This document shows positions 41,322 to 53,066 of a DNA stretch of 64,000 nt, in pieces (position 1 is the first letter of the stretch; the number at the start of each line of letters is the position of its first letter). The notes below the pieces were generated by a model, which saw only the letters and a program-made list of their open reading frames with translations, made no database searches and was not told the DNA's origin. Position numbers and translations under genes: made by a program. The stretch is from Mizuhopecten yessoensis. Taxonomy: Eukaryota. The DNA lies in NCBI RefSeq assembly GCF_002113885.1, contig NW_018480073.1, positions 1 through 64,000 of the forward strand. Reading direction: 5' to 3'.

Positions 41322-41388
41322 TACGCATGTGTATAGCAAGGTCACATGTTCCTTGTTGACAACAAAACGGCACCACAATGGCGTAAGT
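41322..41388 (+). promoter_or_regulatory. Distal first-exon module of copy 3
   Basis: TACGCATGTG at 41322; ATGGC|GTAAGT at 41378. Confidence 0.55.
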
Positions 41389-44300
41389 ATTTCGTAACAG
41401 GACATAGGTGTTGATGGGTTATTTAACCAACTTAACATATGTGTCTGTATGATGTATTTGTATAACCGTCTATCTAGTTAACCAATGTAGTCCATATTCA
41501 TTTTTGTTTGTTTGTTTATTTAGGGTGACAGCTATTAACGTTATCCCAACAGCTAAAGTCACACAAAGGCTAGTGCAGAGAAAGGAAGTGAACACAAAAA
41601 CAATTCTTGGTTTCTATTGTTGCAACGGGGACAGCAGTTTTTCCTTCTTTACTGACCGCAAAGCAGAAGTAAAAACACGGTTCTGCACGGGAGGCATAGA
41701 TATGTGCATTCTTTGCTGCCCTGTGTGGGCCGGAGTTGATAAAGATGATCTTCTGCCTGTAAAATCTAACCCGTCGACAATTTTTCTCGGTATAGACGTA
41801 CATTGACAAAGGGCTTAAATTAGAATTAACATATAAATGTGTTCGTACAGTGGGTCCGTATGTCGCCGTCTGATCTGTTATCGGTATATCCATGTTTTGT
41901 TTAAATAGCTCGTTTACATGTTAATCGTACCGTTAAATTGGTTCTCCAATGCATACCTTGCGGTATCGGGTGTCACATTTTAAAATCACCGACTTAAGGA
42001 TTTTCCAACAACAAATACGCATAGCCCGATTTAGGGCATCCCATAATTCAAAATAAACGTGTAAGTAAATGTTAAATGTACGAGGACTTATCAACTTCTT
42101 CAATATACGAAGACTAGTGCATTGGGAGAGACCACCGAAACGAAAGAATAATGAAGTGAAAAAAGACAAATCTTGATTACAAATGTTAAAATGGGGATAG
42201 CAGATTTTTCTTCTCCGTTGACCCAAAGCCGAAGAAATATTAACTCGATGAAGGACTTGCAAACAAATAAACACTCACGTTCGATACGATCATACCTGTA
42301 CTAGCCCGAACTTATATTAAAAGGCACTTTAGTCTGGTAGTAGGACGCCAGGCTCGTGACTGAAGGGTTGCGAGTTCGAGTCGCGTCAGGACACTTTGTT
42401 GTATCTTTGAGCAACATACTTTAGTTATCCTGTTCCAGTCTTATCAGCTGTAAATGAGTACCTTGTTGGGCAGTGCTGGAATTGTTAAATGCTAGCTGTT
42501 AGCGTCCAAGTGGCAGCGCTGGCTGTATATTCTACATGGAGTTGAGAAAGACATTGGCTGGTTTCAAGGGCCTAATAACCACGGATATTAATTTGTGAAT
42601 CACTTTGAGACGATCTACGACCTAGGTTGGCATAAAGCGATATATAAGAACCGCGGATTATAATAATTATGATAATATAACTTATTCTTGTTTGCCCAGA
42701 TGGAAGCGCGCTAAGAATCTGAAATCATTATTGCTGGTCCGGAAACCCACATGGTCGAGCAGGTCTCCCCGTACAATCTTATTCTATGTGAACAGGACAA
42801 AAGACAAAATAATTAGATAGCTGAATACATAAATGAAAATAGTAGAAACAAAAACTGCAGGCATTTCACTACGTATACATATCACTACAGTGATAAATGC
42901 TCCTGTTACACGAATAATAAACATATCACTACACTACTCATTCCAACCACCAGAATAAGCCAAGAAACCATGAAAATGCGTTTGGAATCAGCCAGCCAGA
43001 TTAAGCATATCCATACTGGCAAAAGAACAAATAATCACATCTTTCTAACGTGTACGATAGTAAAAGGTTTTGATTCCATCACGTCGCCTTTTCCGCATTC
43101 ACGTCCGAACTCGTGACGTCATTGTTGAGCCATTATGACGTCACGTCACGTGAAATGGGGTGTAAGATAGAAATTTCCTACACCTCTTTCTTACCCAGGA
43201 CGACTCTATCTTACATGAGTTAAACTCAGTTAATCTATACACTATGTAAAAGCGATCAACTCCTTACCTCATAATTGATATTGAATTTGTACAACGATGA
43301 TTTAGTGGTCACCCATCAATTGTCTATGCAGCTGCAAACTATACACTAAATCTCCGTTTTCGTGTTGGAAGTAACAATCAACATCTTTTCTGTTTCGTTT
43401 TACGTAGTATAAGATAATATAATATTATATTATTTATGACAATAATATGTTATTATATTTATCACTGATACTAATTGAAAAAGTGTACAATTCTGTGTCG
43501 CTAAATATATTACGGGATGAATACATTTCATTATATATGTAATCTGTTACAATGTCATTTTATTTTGACTAAATACTGGGGCTATTCTGGTCATTGGTAT
43601 AATATAGTGTTATTTGTATTAGTCATGTACAAACATGCCCATTCCTTATACTGTGCATGTGAATAGCAGGATCACATGTTTCTTGTTGGCAACGGAGATG
43701 GCGATACAATGCTGTAAGTATTTCGTAATTGGATAGAGGATCAGTTGGTGAGCAGTTTAACAAATATCATACATGTGTTTGGATGTAATTTTTACATAAC
43801 AATCCATTAAGTTATAGTCCATGTAATTCCCTGTTACACCTATTGTTACATTCTTTATTCCTTAACGAACTAAAGATTTGCAAACATCCAGTACACATAG
43901 CACGATTAAGGGCATCCCGGAAATCAAAACAAAAGTGAAAGTTCATGTTTTATGTACGTGGACTTCAATTTCTACTTCAATAATATTCACTTGATCAACA
44001 GAATTGGAAAATGTGTACATACTGTACATATCTGTTTGTTTGTTTGTTTGTTTATTTGGGATTACAGAAATAAACGTTCTTACAGAAGTTAAAGTCATTC
44101 TAGTACATTTGGAGATACCATACAAACGAAAGAATAAGGGAGTGGAAACAAACAATTCTTGATCACAAATGTTAAAATGGAGACAGCAGATTTGTATCTT
44201 CTTCACTGACCCCAAAGCAAAAGTAAAAACCCGGTTCTGCATTAGATGCACATATTTGTGCAGTCTCTGTTATCCTGTGTGGGCCGGAGTTGATAAAGAA

Positions 44301-47300
44301 GATAAAAAGTATTGTCCCAGTATTGTATCTACTGCCTGTCAATTTTTATCCGTCGACAATTTTTCTCATTATAGACGTACATCGGCAAGGGGTTTAAGTG
44401 GGGTTGACATACAAATATATTTGTGCAGTAGGTCCGTATGTCGCCGTCTGATCTGTTACCGGTAGTTTAATGATTCCTTTTAATAACTCGTGTACCTGTA
44501 ACTCACAGCATTGATGCCCACCTGCATTGACGGGTGTTACCCTACATCTCACGGAATAAAGAATTTCCAGAAATTCCCATAGCCCGATTAAGGGTATCCC
44601 GGAAATCGAAACGAAAGCGTAATTGCATGATTTATGTACGAAGACTTATCAACTTCTTCAATTTACACTTGATCAGTAGAATTGGGAAATGTGTACACAC
44701 TGTACATATCTGCTTGTTTGTTTGGGGTCACAGCTAGTACGATTATACTAAAAGCCCATTTTAAAGAAACCAAAACGAAAGTGAAAGTAGATCTCTTAAT
44801 TACAATTAATCAACAAGATTAGAATAAGTGTACACAATCTGAAAAAATACCTTTTCATGATATGGTTTAGTAACATAAACACAATAGTCAAAAAGCCACT
44901 ACAACATCTTCATCGATACACGAGCCGAGTGATCCCTCCACTAGGAGTGGTATGTGATCATCTCGTTAGAGACATATTTGGGTTACACATTGTTACGTGA
45001 AAATAGATTGGGGCGGCCGTTGCTCTTTTAACCGAAGCAGGTACCCCGAAAAGGTTGCCGGTTTTTTTTGCGTTTTCATAGGTTTGCCGAGGTAAGAGTA
45101 TATTTTTTTGGTGATATATACTCCAACGAACACTAACATTTTTTTTAGATAATGATACCAAAATATAGAGACATTCATTTTGTTCATTAACTAAACAGAA
45201 GTCTTCTTAAAAAATCAACTTCAATTGATTAAGAAACAATTATTTGTTTACTATCGTTAATGGCATCCAATCTACACCTTATTTATTGGTAAGTTATAAA
45301 AGTGGATGTCTCAGTTTTAAGGATTGCAGATAATCGATGCAATTTTCAACACGTATCTACTTTTTATACAATCTGAAGAATAATGGTGTTAACATTTTAA
45401 CTTTGAAAGACTGTAACTAATAATTATATAAATACAATTTTGTATCATATATTTTTACATTTATGTTTCCGCCAGTTGATAATTATGTACGCTAAGTCAA
45501 ACCTGTTTTTTTTAAATCTTTATAGACTGCAGGAACCTGGTGTTCTTCTTCAATACCAATGCGATGAAAGTTCAGAATACGACAAAGATCAGTCTGGTGA
45601 TCACACCGAACCAGTGCCAATACTGTATATTGAAGTAACGGACGAAACATGTGTTGTAAGTAGCCTATGTATGCTATTATTAATCGCTATAACGTTCGGA
45701 AATTTTGATATATATTAATTTATCAGGATGTTAATCATACACAAGTTCAGTTGATTATACTTTATAATATTACTAAAAAAAACAAGAAGATACAACAACC
45801 AGCCCATGTCTAAAGTAAGGATCACCAAATGTAATATGTAAGGATGCTGGATAAGTTATTCCTGTAAAGCGTTCGTAATTGACATCAGGAACAAAATCTG
45901 GTGAGTTCCTTGAATTCAGGGATAAAGCTTCCCAATTTCACATCTTTTTTATAATTCTCATAATCTTTGACTGAGTAGTATTACTCTGATTACGAGACTT
46001 TTGACGAATGAATGAATAATAGTAACTGACACTGAAAGAATTCTTTGGACATGTCCGTAAAAACTTTCATCAAATTTTAGGCTCAGATGGATCCAGGCTT
46101 CCTGCCAAACGATGTGATACTGGTAGTCGAAGAAAAAAATCTTCATGTAAACAAAGCCTTACTAGAATCAGCTTCACCTGTTTTTGAGGCTTGGCTTAAG
46201 AAAGAGTGGCAACAAGACGAGTGCTCTGACGACACTAAAAGGAAGCTGGAGTTCCATGGGAAAACATATGATGAGATGGCCACATTCCTAAAATGCCTTC
46301 TGCCCTTTTTCCCTGACAAAGTTACAGGTAATGATAAAAATGTACTGTAACTATGGTCATCTTTCTTTAGTAACAATTTGAGTTTACAAAATAAATGTGA
46401 GTATAAGCACATTTGATAGAATTAGAATAGGACTGGTTCAGTATTCATAATTGCAGAGATTTCACAAACATCCGTACACAACGATGCCTCTGTCTTGGTT
46501 TGGGTATGATCATTTCGACAAGCAGTCACAAATATTTGTAAAAAAAACAGTAGTGTTTGAAAACGTAGCGGATGTTTATTCCGCCTTGGTAGTATCAGCC
46601 TAGCGATAGGGCGGTTTTTAGCTCGCCTAGTCTAAAGGACCATATTGAGTTTATGCAATACAGTGTACCGCAGCGTTTGTCGACTGTTCGTCCGTCGTAC
46701 GTCCGTCAACTTTTCCTTTAAAACGCTACAAGTCCTGAACGGCCGAGTAATTTTTGACTAAATAGGCCAAGGGGACTCAATTTTGTATAAAAGGTGGGTG
46801 TGGCCCCCATGGGGGTAGAAGATCGGGGCAAAATAATGGAAATAGGGATAAACATTTTAAAATCCTTCTCCTACTGTAGGAATTAAGGGATTTTATCCTA
46901 ATTAAGTGTGGAACATCCTCAGGCCAAGGAGACTCAATTTTGTATAAATGGTGGGTGTGGCCACCCTGGGGGCAGCAGAGGGGCGGGGCCGATTAGGGGA
47001 AATAGATGTAAAACCTTTAAATTCTTCTTCTACCGTAGGGATTAAGGGTCATTATCCTAAAATAGTCTGGAGCATCCTTGGGCAAAGGGGACACAATTTT
47101 GTATAAATGGTGGGTGTTGCCTCCCTGGGAGTAGAGGAACAGGGCCAAATAATGGAAATAGGGGTAAAACCTTTAAAATCCTTCTCCTACTGTAGGGATT
47201 AACTGATTTTATTCTAATTTAGTCTCGAGCATCCTTAGGTCAAGATATCTCAATTTTGTATAAATGATAGGTGTGGCCACCCGCGGGGCAGAGGGGCGAG

Positions 47301-50300
47301 CCGAATAGGTGAAATAGAAGTAAAACCTTTAAAATCCTTCTCCTTCTGTAGGGATTAAGGGTCATTATCCTAAAAAAGTCTGTAGCATCCTTGGGCAAAA
47401 GGGACTTAATTTTGTTAAAACAGTGAGTGTGCAGGATTTTGTCGAATTTGGTATGAAGCAACCTTTGGTGAAGGAGACCCAATATTGTATAAACAGTTTC
47501 GTCTGACCCCCCTGGGAGCAGAAAGGCGGGCCAATAAGGGATATAGAGGAATAGCTTTAATATTCTTTTTTTTTCCGTTGGGATGAATGTATTTTGACCT
47601 AACTTGAACAGTAGCATCCTTTGGGGAAATCAATTTTGTATAAATGGTGGGTCTGACCTTCCTGGGGCCTGTGGGTTCGGGCCCAGTAGGGGTATTTAGC
47701 AAATCCTTTAAAATTCTTCTCCTTCTGTAGGAATGACAAGATTTTGTCCATATTTTGGTCTAAAGCATCCTTTGGTGAAGGGAACTATATTTTGTATAAA
47801 CGTTCGGTCTGACCCGCTGGGGCAGAGGGGCGGGCCCAATAGGGGAAACATAGCAAATTCTTCAAAATAGTTCTTCTTTTGTAGGAATGACAGATTTTGT
47901 CCAAATTTGGGACGAAGCACCTTTGGGTGTCGGGGACCCAAATTTGTATAAACTGCGGGTTTTAACCCCCTGGGGTAGACGGGCGGGGCCAAATAGGGAA
48001 AATAGAAAATTAGCTTTAAAATCCTTCTTCTTCTGTAGGAATGACAGGAGTATGTCCATATTTGTTGGCGCTCAGAGCAGAGGTTGTTCCTGTTGTATAG
48101 GTAGGAGTGTACAGTAGCGTACGGTGGCCATTGGTGATATTTTTTTGTGTTTTTTGATGTGGTAATTAAATCTAGGGAAAACGGTTTTTGACAAACAATT
48201 AAGTCTTCTAAACAATTTTTTTCAAAATGTAGTTTATAGATATATAATTATGTAGGTGTGTTGTGCAGGTTGAATCCACTATCCATGTTTATTTGAAACA
48301 TGTCCTTTAATTTATAGGATCAGGCCATTTCTACTGTACTCTGTTACCGCAGGATATACTCTATACACGACGGAAATCGCGTGGGATCACTCAATGATTA
48401 ATGGTATTACAATGGATATATAATTTGTTTCAATGGAGTAACATTTCAGTCAAAACACATTTTAAAATAATGTTAAATTATGTCAAATACATAAATATTA
48501 TCTACTAGGATTATCTGTTTATATGTGAAGGAAGATGGCGTAGAACAATATTTGAAATTTCATCTGGATTTATAGTAACAAAATAAATCATACTTCCCTC
48601 TAAATCCTGTGTATTTACAGATACAAATCTGGATACAGTAATACCTTTAGCAGATGAGTATCGGACAGAAAACTTGATCACAGAATGTGTTGATGTCATC
48701 CGACAACGCGTGGAGTCTGTCTCCGAGGCGGATATATACATACCGCCTTTTCGGGTCGTCACATACCTACGCTGGATCGACCGATATAATCTCCACACGG
48801 GTAAAGAATCTGTCGTGAGGTTAGCTTCATACCTGAAAACCGAAGAGCTAAAGGCAGTTGCAGACTACGAAAATGTCAGCCTAAGGCTTCAACTGGAAGT
48901 ATCTAATGCCAGAGCCAAGCTACTTGAGAATCTATTTGTGTTCAGTGTAACAGAAGCTGAAAGTAAGTAAATATATCTAGTTCCCTCAGTAGTAACATTC
49001 CAGACTTTGCGAACCCCCTTATTATTAAGCTAATGTGATTTGCTATTGAAGGATCCCCTTGCCTGCAGTTGGACGGGTTTCTTTAAAGTGTACCCTGAAC
49101 GAAAATAGAAATTAATATGTTATCTTTTTATATGATCCAAACATAAAAATTTCGAAACTGTCATCCTGATACCGAGATATCGACGTGTAAAGTGAGGCTT
49201 TTCACCTGTCCTTCTTCTACTAATTGGCATTATCGGAACTCGCGGTGAATTGGCCCCCATCAGCTGTGACGTCACAAGTTCAACGCCTGTAGCGGTCACC
49301 ATCGAAGGAAAAGGCGATATCGAGAACAGCCATTGTCATACAGCGTCAGATTGCGAATTCATATTTAATTTTAGTTTTGAGGAATCAGATTATGCTGAAG
49401 ATAACATTATGTAGATAGTATCTAGTCATATTGTAATTTGCCAGAATTTCCAGACAGTTAGTTTAATTGAAACCAAACTGACGACTCTGATATAGGGTAA
49501 CATAGACTGGTAGCATTGCATGTCCTTATTCTGAGCACTGATGAGATTTCTTTCTCGAATGAACACGTTTGATGTAAATTAAACAGAAATAGTCTCAATG
49601 TTGTCAATCACATATATTTTAGCTAGAAAGTTGGTTTGCAATAAATTCTTTACTCTACACAGAGACGTATATACTTTATATGTCTCTGCTCTACAGAAAA
49701 AAACTAACCCAATCATGTCGTCATTGAACAGCACAACTTCGTGACCAGTTCCTGTGCCGGATTATTTATCTTGCACAGAATATACTGTGGTACCTCTATG
49801 GTCCAAAAATACGAAAATATATCAGTGAAATATGTTAACAAAATAATTTAAACGTTGATGTCTGCTGTTTTTAAATATCAATATTTTTAGTAATGCCAAA
49901 TCGAATGATAGGTCGACAATTCAAATAAACAGCAAAATACCGACAGTTACACATTTAATTGTATACAATACATTATGCTAAATATGATCACGGACTTATG
50001 TTATCTAATTTCATGATTGCATTTACCTCTAAAATATAATTGAATTATGAGACTCAAACATTTTTGTTTTTCCCTATACATGTAGCATACACAAGTTATA
50101 ATTTAACATCATGGTTAAATAATGAAAATCACCTCGATCCACTCCCTTAGCATAGGTGTGAAACTTGTGTACAGGTAAGTAACACTAAACACCTGTGTCC
50201 AGTACTGACAGCAGGAGGCCCAAGACACACATATATACCTGTTTACAGGTATGACATCAAAGGGATATCGGCAGGTGGGCAATGGGGTATCTGTGGTTAG

Positions 50301-52143
50301 TATGTAGATTGCATTTGATGTAGATGACAATTTAACAACAGTATCCTTAGGCGAGATAACGGGGAAATGTATAAGCAGAGACGTACATATTACTTCTCTG
50401 GTATAAGGATCAATTTCAAGAAAAATATTAATAAATGAAATGGGTAAATACTGTCACAGAGTCACATTATATGCAAACCACAATCAGTACAATTGCATCA
50501 CTCGACAGATGAAAGTCAGAAACGAGGCAAATAAAGCTGGACCATGCTATGCACATTATATCGGCAGATTCGATTCTCCCCCTTTAATATTCTAAGAAGT
50601 GGTGTGTATATTTATCATGTGCTTAATTCCTTGGATTGCATAAATAATAAAAACGTTTCGAGTTTTATGACAGGGAGTAAAAAAACACGGGTTGCTGCTC
50701 ATTTTGAGTATATATTGTTGTACCGGTGCATTTTTTGTCAATTCTAATCGTATATCTACATATTGCAAAGAAACTACGTTAATTTCACTCAATTTTTAAT
50801 CGATTGTTTCGTGTTGTATATGTGTTCATCAAATTTTCTAACGATCGATTTAATAATAAAAAGTAAACTATTTTCAGTCACTATATTAACCAATTATGTA
50901 AAAATGAAAACACTTATTCATATAGTTTTTCATAGTTTGCCTCCTCAGGAGGACTCATTTCTTCATGAAAATTGTAAAAAAAACATCATTTATACGTGTG
51001 TAGTCTTTAAATATTATTTACATACGTAGGTGACGATGGAATATATCATAAAAGTAACTAAAAAGCTCACATAGCGAACGAACAGTCGACGCTTTCCTAT
51101 AGAGCTGTTTTGACAGCGTTGAACTTATGACGTCACAGAAGTGGGCTACCCATATCGAGTCGATCGCCGCTGAGCCAAAGGTGTGTTTTCAGATAAATCG
51201 CAATACCTCGGACGCGGAGTCAACTACGACGTTCACACTTTCTTTTTATTGTAAAATTTAAAGTATTTTCATAGCTTGATAGAGCCAAACGTTCAGGGTG
51301 CACTTTAAGAGTCTATTTGAAGTATATGAGTGCACGTGGTTGTTGTAAGTATGTATGTGATTTCAATGTCTGCCATATTGCATTCAGTGGAACAGGGACT
51401 TTATTAAGTTTATTTGAAGTATATTTGTGCACCTGATATTTATTAGTATGTACATTATTGGAATGTCTGCCATTTTAAATAGTATAGATGACAGTATACG
51501 AATGAATGTACATTCTATTCGCTTGGAGAGTACTAATATCAGTGTTTGTTGTTTAATCAAGGTGTGATGTTTAAATGACCTTGTTTAAGTTATGTGAATA
51601 AGATTGTTATCTAATTTATTTTTTATACATTATTATTTATATTTAAAGAAAACATTTATTACAGAAAAGATGTACCAGTTTAAAATCCCAATGTCCTCTC
51701 ATTATATGGCTGGATGGAAAGATAATTTAGCAGAACTTGTGAAGGCGTTTCTCACATCATCAACAACATCACAAAAACCGACCTCAGGGTTTCACCAAAC
51801 AATTACTACACCAAGAAGGTCAACATTGCAGACGAGGACTTCAGTCCATTTTGGCGCAACCAATACGCCGTTAATTGATGACCTCTCCTGGGAAGCGAAT
51901 AACAACATAAAGCCGCAAATCTCACCATCAATTGTTGCCGCCTTTGCATGTATATCTATTTGTGATCGGTTTAAGTTCTCAAAAAGCTATGCCAAAAGCA
52001 TAAGCAGATTACTTTCACTAGGTATTTCCAAGTCAGAATTCAAAAATCTTTGGGCAGCACATTATTTGACCGACAGTGATAAAGTACGTGATGGCATGGA
52101 ACGACATGTACTTCAGATGTGCAAATGCACTTGCAATTATTAA
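41378..52143 (+). CDS. BTB/POZ-domain gene, copy 3, intact (~391 aa); putative Cullin-3 adaptor-type protein without Kelch or MATH domain
   Basis: Join 41378-41382 (or 43709-43713), 45526-45634, 46087-46327, 48621-48962, 51665-52143 = 1176 nt, in frame with no internal stop. BTB motif DVILVVEEKNLHVNKALLESASPVFEAWL...VTDTNLDTVIPLADEY. Confidence 0.85.
42323..42670 (+). mobile_element. CORE-type tRNA-derived SINE, diverged
   Basis: B box gagttcgagtc; CORE-like tgtatctttgagcaacatactt..cagctgtaaatgagtacc; L2-like tail aagcgatatataag + ATT-rich end. Confidence 0.7.
43652..43719 (+). promoter_or_regulatory. Proximal first-exon module of copy 3
   Basis: TGTGCATGTG at 43652; ATGCT|GTAAGT at 43709. 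Confidence 0.45.
45526..45634 (+). CDS. Copy 3 exon 2 (acidic; alternative in-frame donor at 45655)
   Basis: tttatag|a acceptor; LQEPGVLLQYQCDESSEYDKDQSGDHTEPVPILYIE; 109 nt. Confidence 0.72.
46087..46327 (+). CDS. Copy 3 exon 3 (BTB)
   Basis: ctcag|ATG acceptor, g|gtaatg donor; ORF 46087..46350. Confidence 0.9.
46615..48063 (+). mobile_element. 3'-truncated Helentron-associated element with ~158-bp tandem units, in intron 3 of copy 3
   Basis: Starts ttttagctcgcc in a T run, then a (GTCC) tract and ~8 units containing caattttgtataaatggtggg; absent from the same intron of copy 4. Confidence 0.8.
48621..48962 (+). CDS. Copy 3 exon 4
   Basis: tttacag|at acceptor, a|gtaagt donor; 342 nt. Confidence 0.9.
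49660..49688. mobile_element. 29-bp CAGAGAC hairpin insert, 7-bp TSD CTCTACA
   Basis: Exact TSD at 49653-49659 and 49689-49695. Confidence 0.8.
50376..50400. mobile_element. 25-bp CAGAGA hairpin insert, 7-bp TSD GTATAAG
   Basis: Exact TSD at 50369-50375 and 50401-50407. Confidence 0.78.
51665..52143 (+). CDS. Copy 3 exon 5
   Basis: ttacag|aa acceptor (phase 1); KMYQFKIP...FACISICD...RHVLQMCKCTCNY*. Confidence 0.87.
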
Positions 52144-53066
52144 GTCTTTGATACGGATTGTATACATATAGAAGAATCACACCAGACACTGAAATCAAAA
52201 ATCATACAATCTATAATGAAGTGGTGTGCAACAAATTTAAAAAAAAAATGTGTTATAATGAGCTGGGATCACAAATAATCAATACGTGGTAAGCGCTTAC
52301 CGATATATGTCGCAGATTACACTGGTTTGATTTTATTTACTCCCCATTTAGGACAAAGACGAATTATAGTTCCTCAACCGGAGTTATTTGTACCCGAAAT
52401 ATTACATTTAAAAACAGACAAACTGGTTGTTCCTCATAAACAAAAAATCTCCTTTTTGTCTCAATACATAAGTATACTATCGTTTAAAACAAACAAAAGT
52501 ATGCCATGCTTAAATTAAAATCCACACCACATATGTAATATAGTATTCATAGCAATTAATTTGTGTAAATATTGTTACTCGATTTCGTTTCATTGTACAC
52601 TTTTCCTTGTGTGACATTTTTATAAGCAAAGATGATAAAAGGGCTCATATTTCATGATATGTAATCACTAAATGGTGCATTATTGTGACATTGTACAGAT
52701 GTAGTTACTTGAAATATCAGTTACACTGTACTTATGTAATTACTTGTAATATCGGTGACATTGTATAGCAGTTGTAGCCTTTGACTGAGGTCGATAAATC
52801 CAAATATTGACCGAAGTTAAAGACTACAATTGTTTTATCATTTTACAAAACAGTAACGTAAGCAATCTGAAAAAATCACAACAAACAAACTTCAGAAGTG
52901 GGACAGTGCATTGTTTGGAGATACGTTATAATTCCATTTTAGAAATACCCATTCCTTCAACAAAAATCAGGCGCTCCAAGTCAATATCGGTTTTTATCGA
53001 TGGACACGTGATGCACTTCTGGCCAATCATTTGTCGGAAATAATATGAAAAAATAATAACTTGTTA

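Larger units (their letters stand above)
49087..51304. mobile_element. 2.2-kb non-autonomous Kolobok-like DNA transposon (TTAA TSD, 15-bp TIR AGTGYACCCTGAACG)
   Basis: TTAA at 49083-49086 and 51305-51308; purine-purine start; empty site gttggacgggtatcc-ttaa-taatctatttgaag at ~62792-62825. Confidence 0.88.

Noticed and set aside
45527-46089. Apparent start-codon loss in copy 3 (CTG where copy 4 has ATG) compensated by a new ATG at 46087
   Set aside because: The upstream ATG-NN micro-exon supplies an in-frame start, so no loss needs to be invoked
47240-48117. Cluster of 65-125 aa ORFs
   Set aside because: They lie inside the ~158-bp tandem units of a non-coding Helentron-associated element
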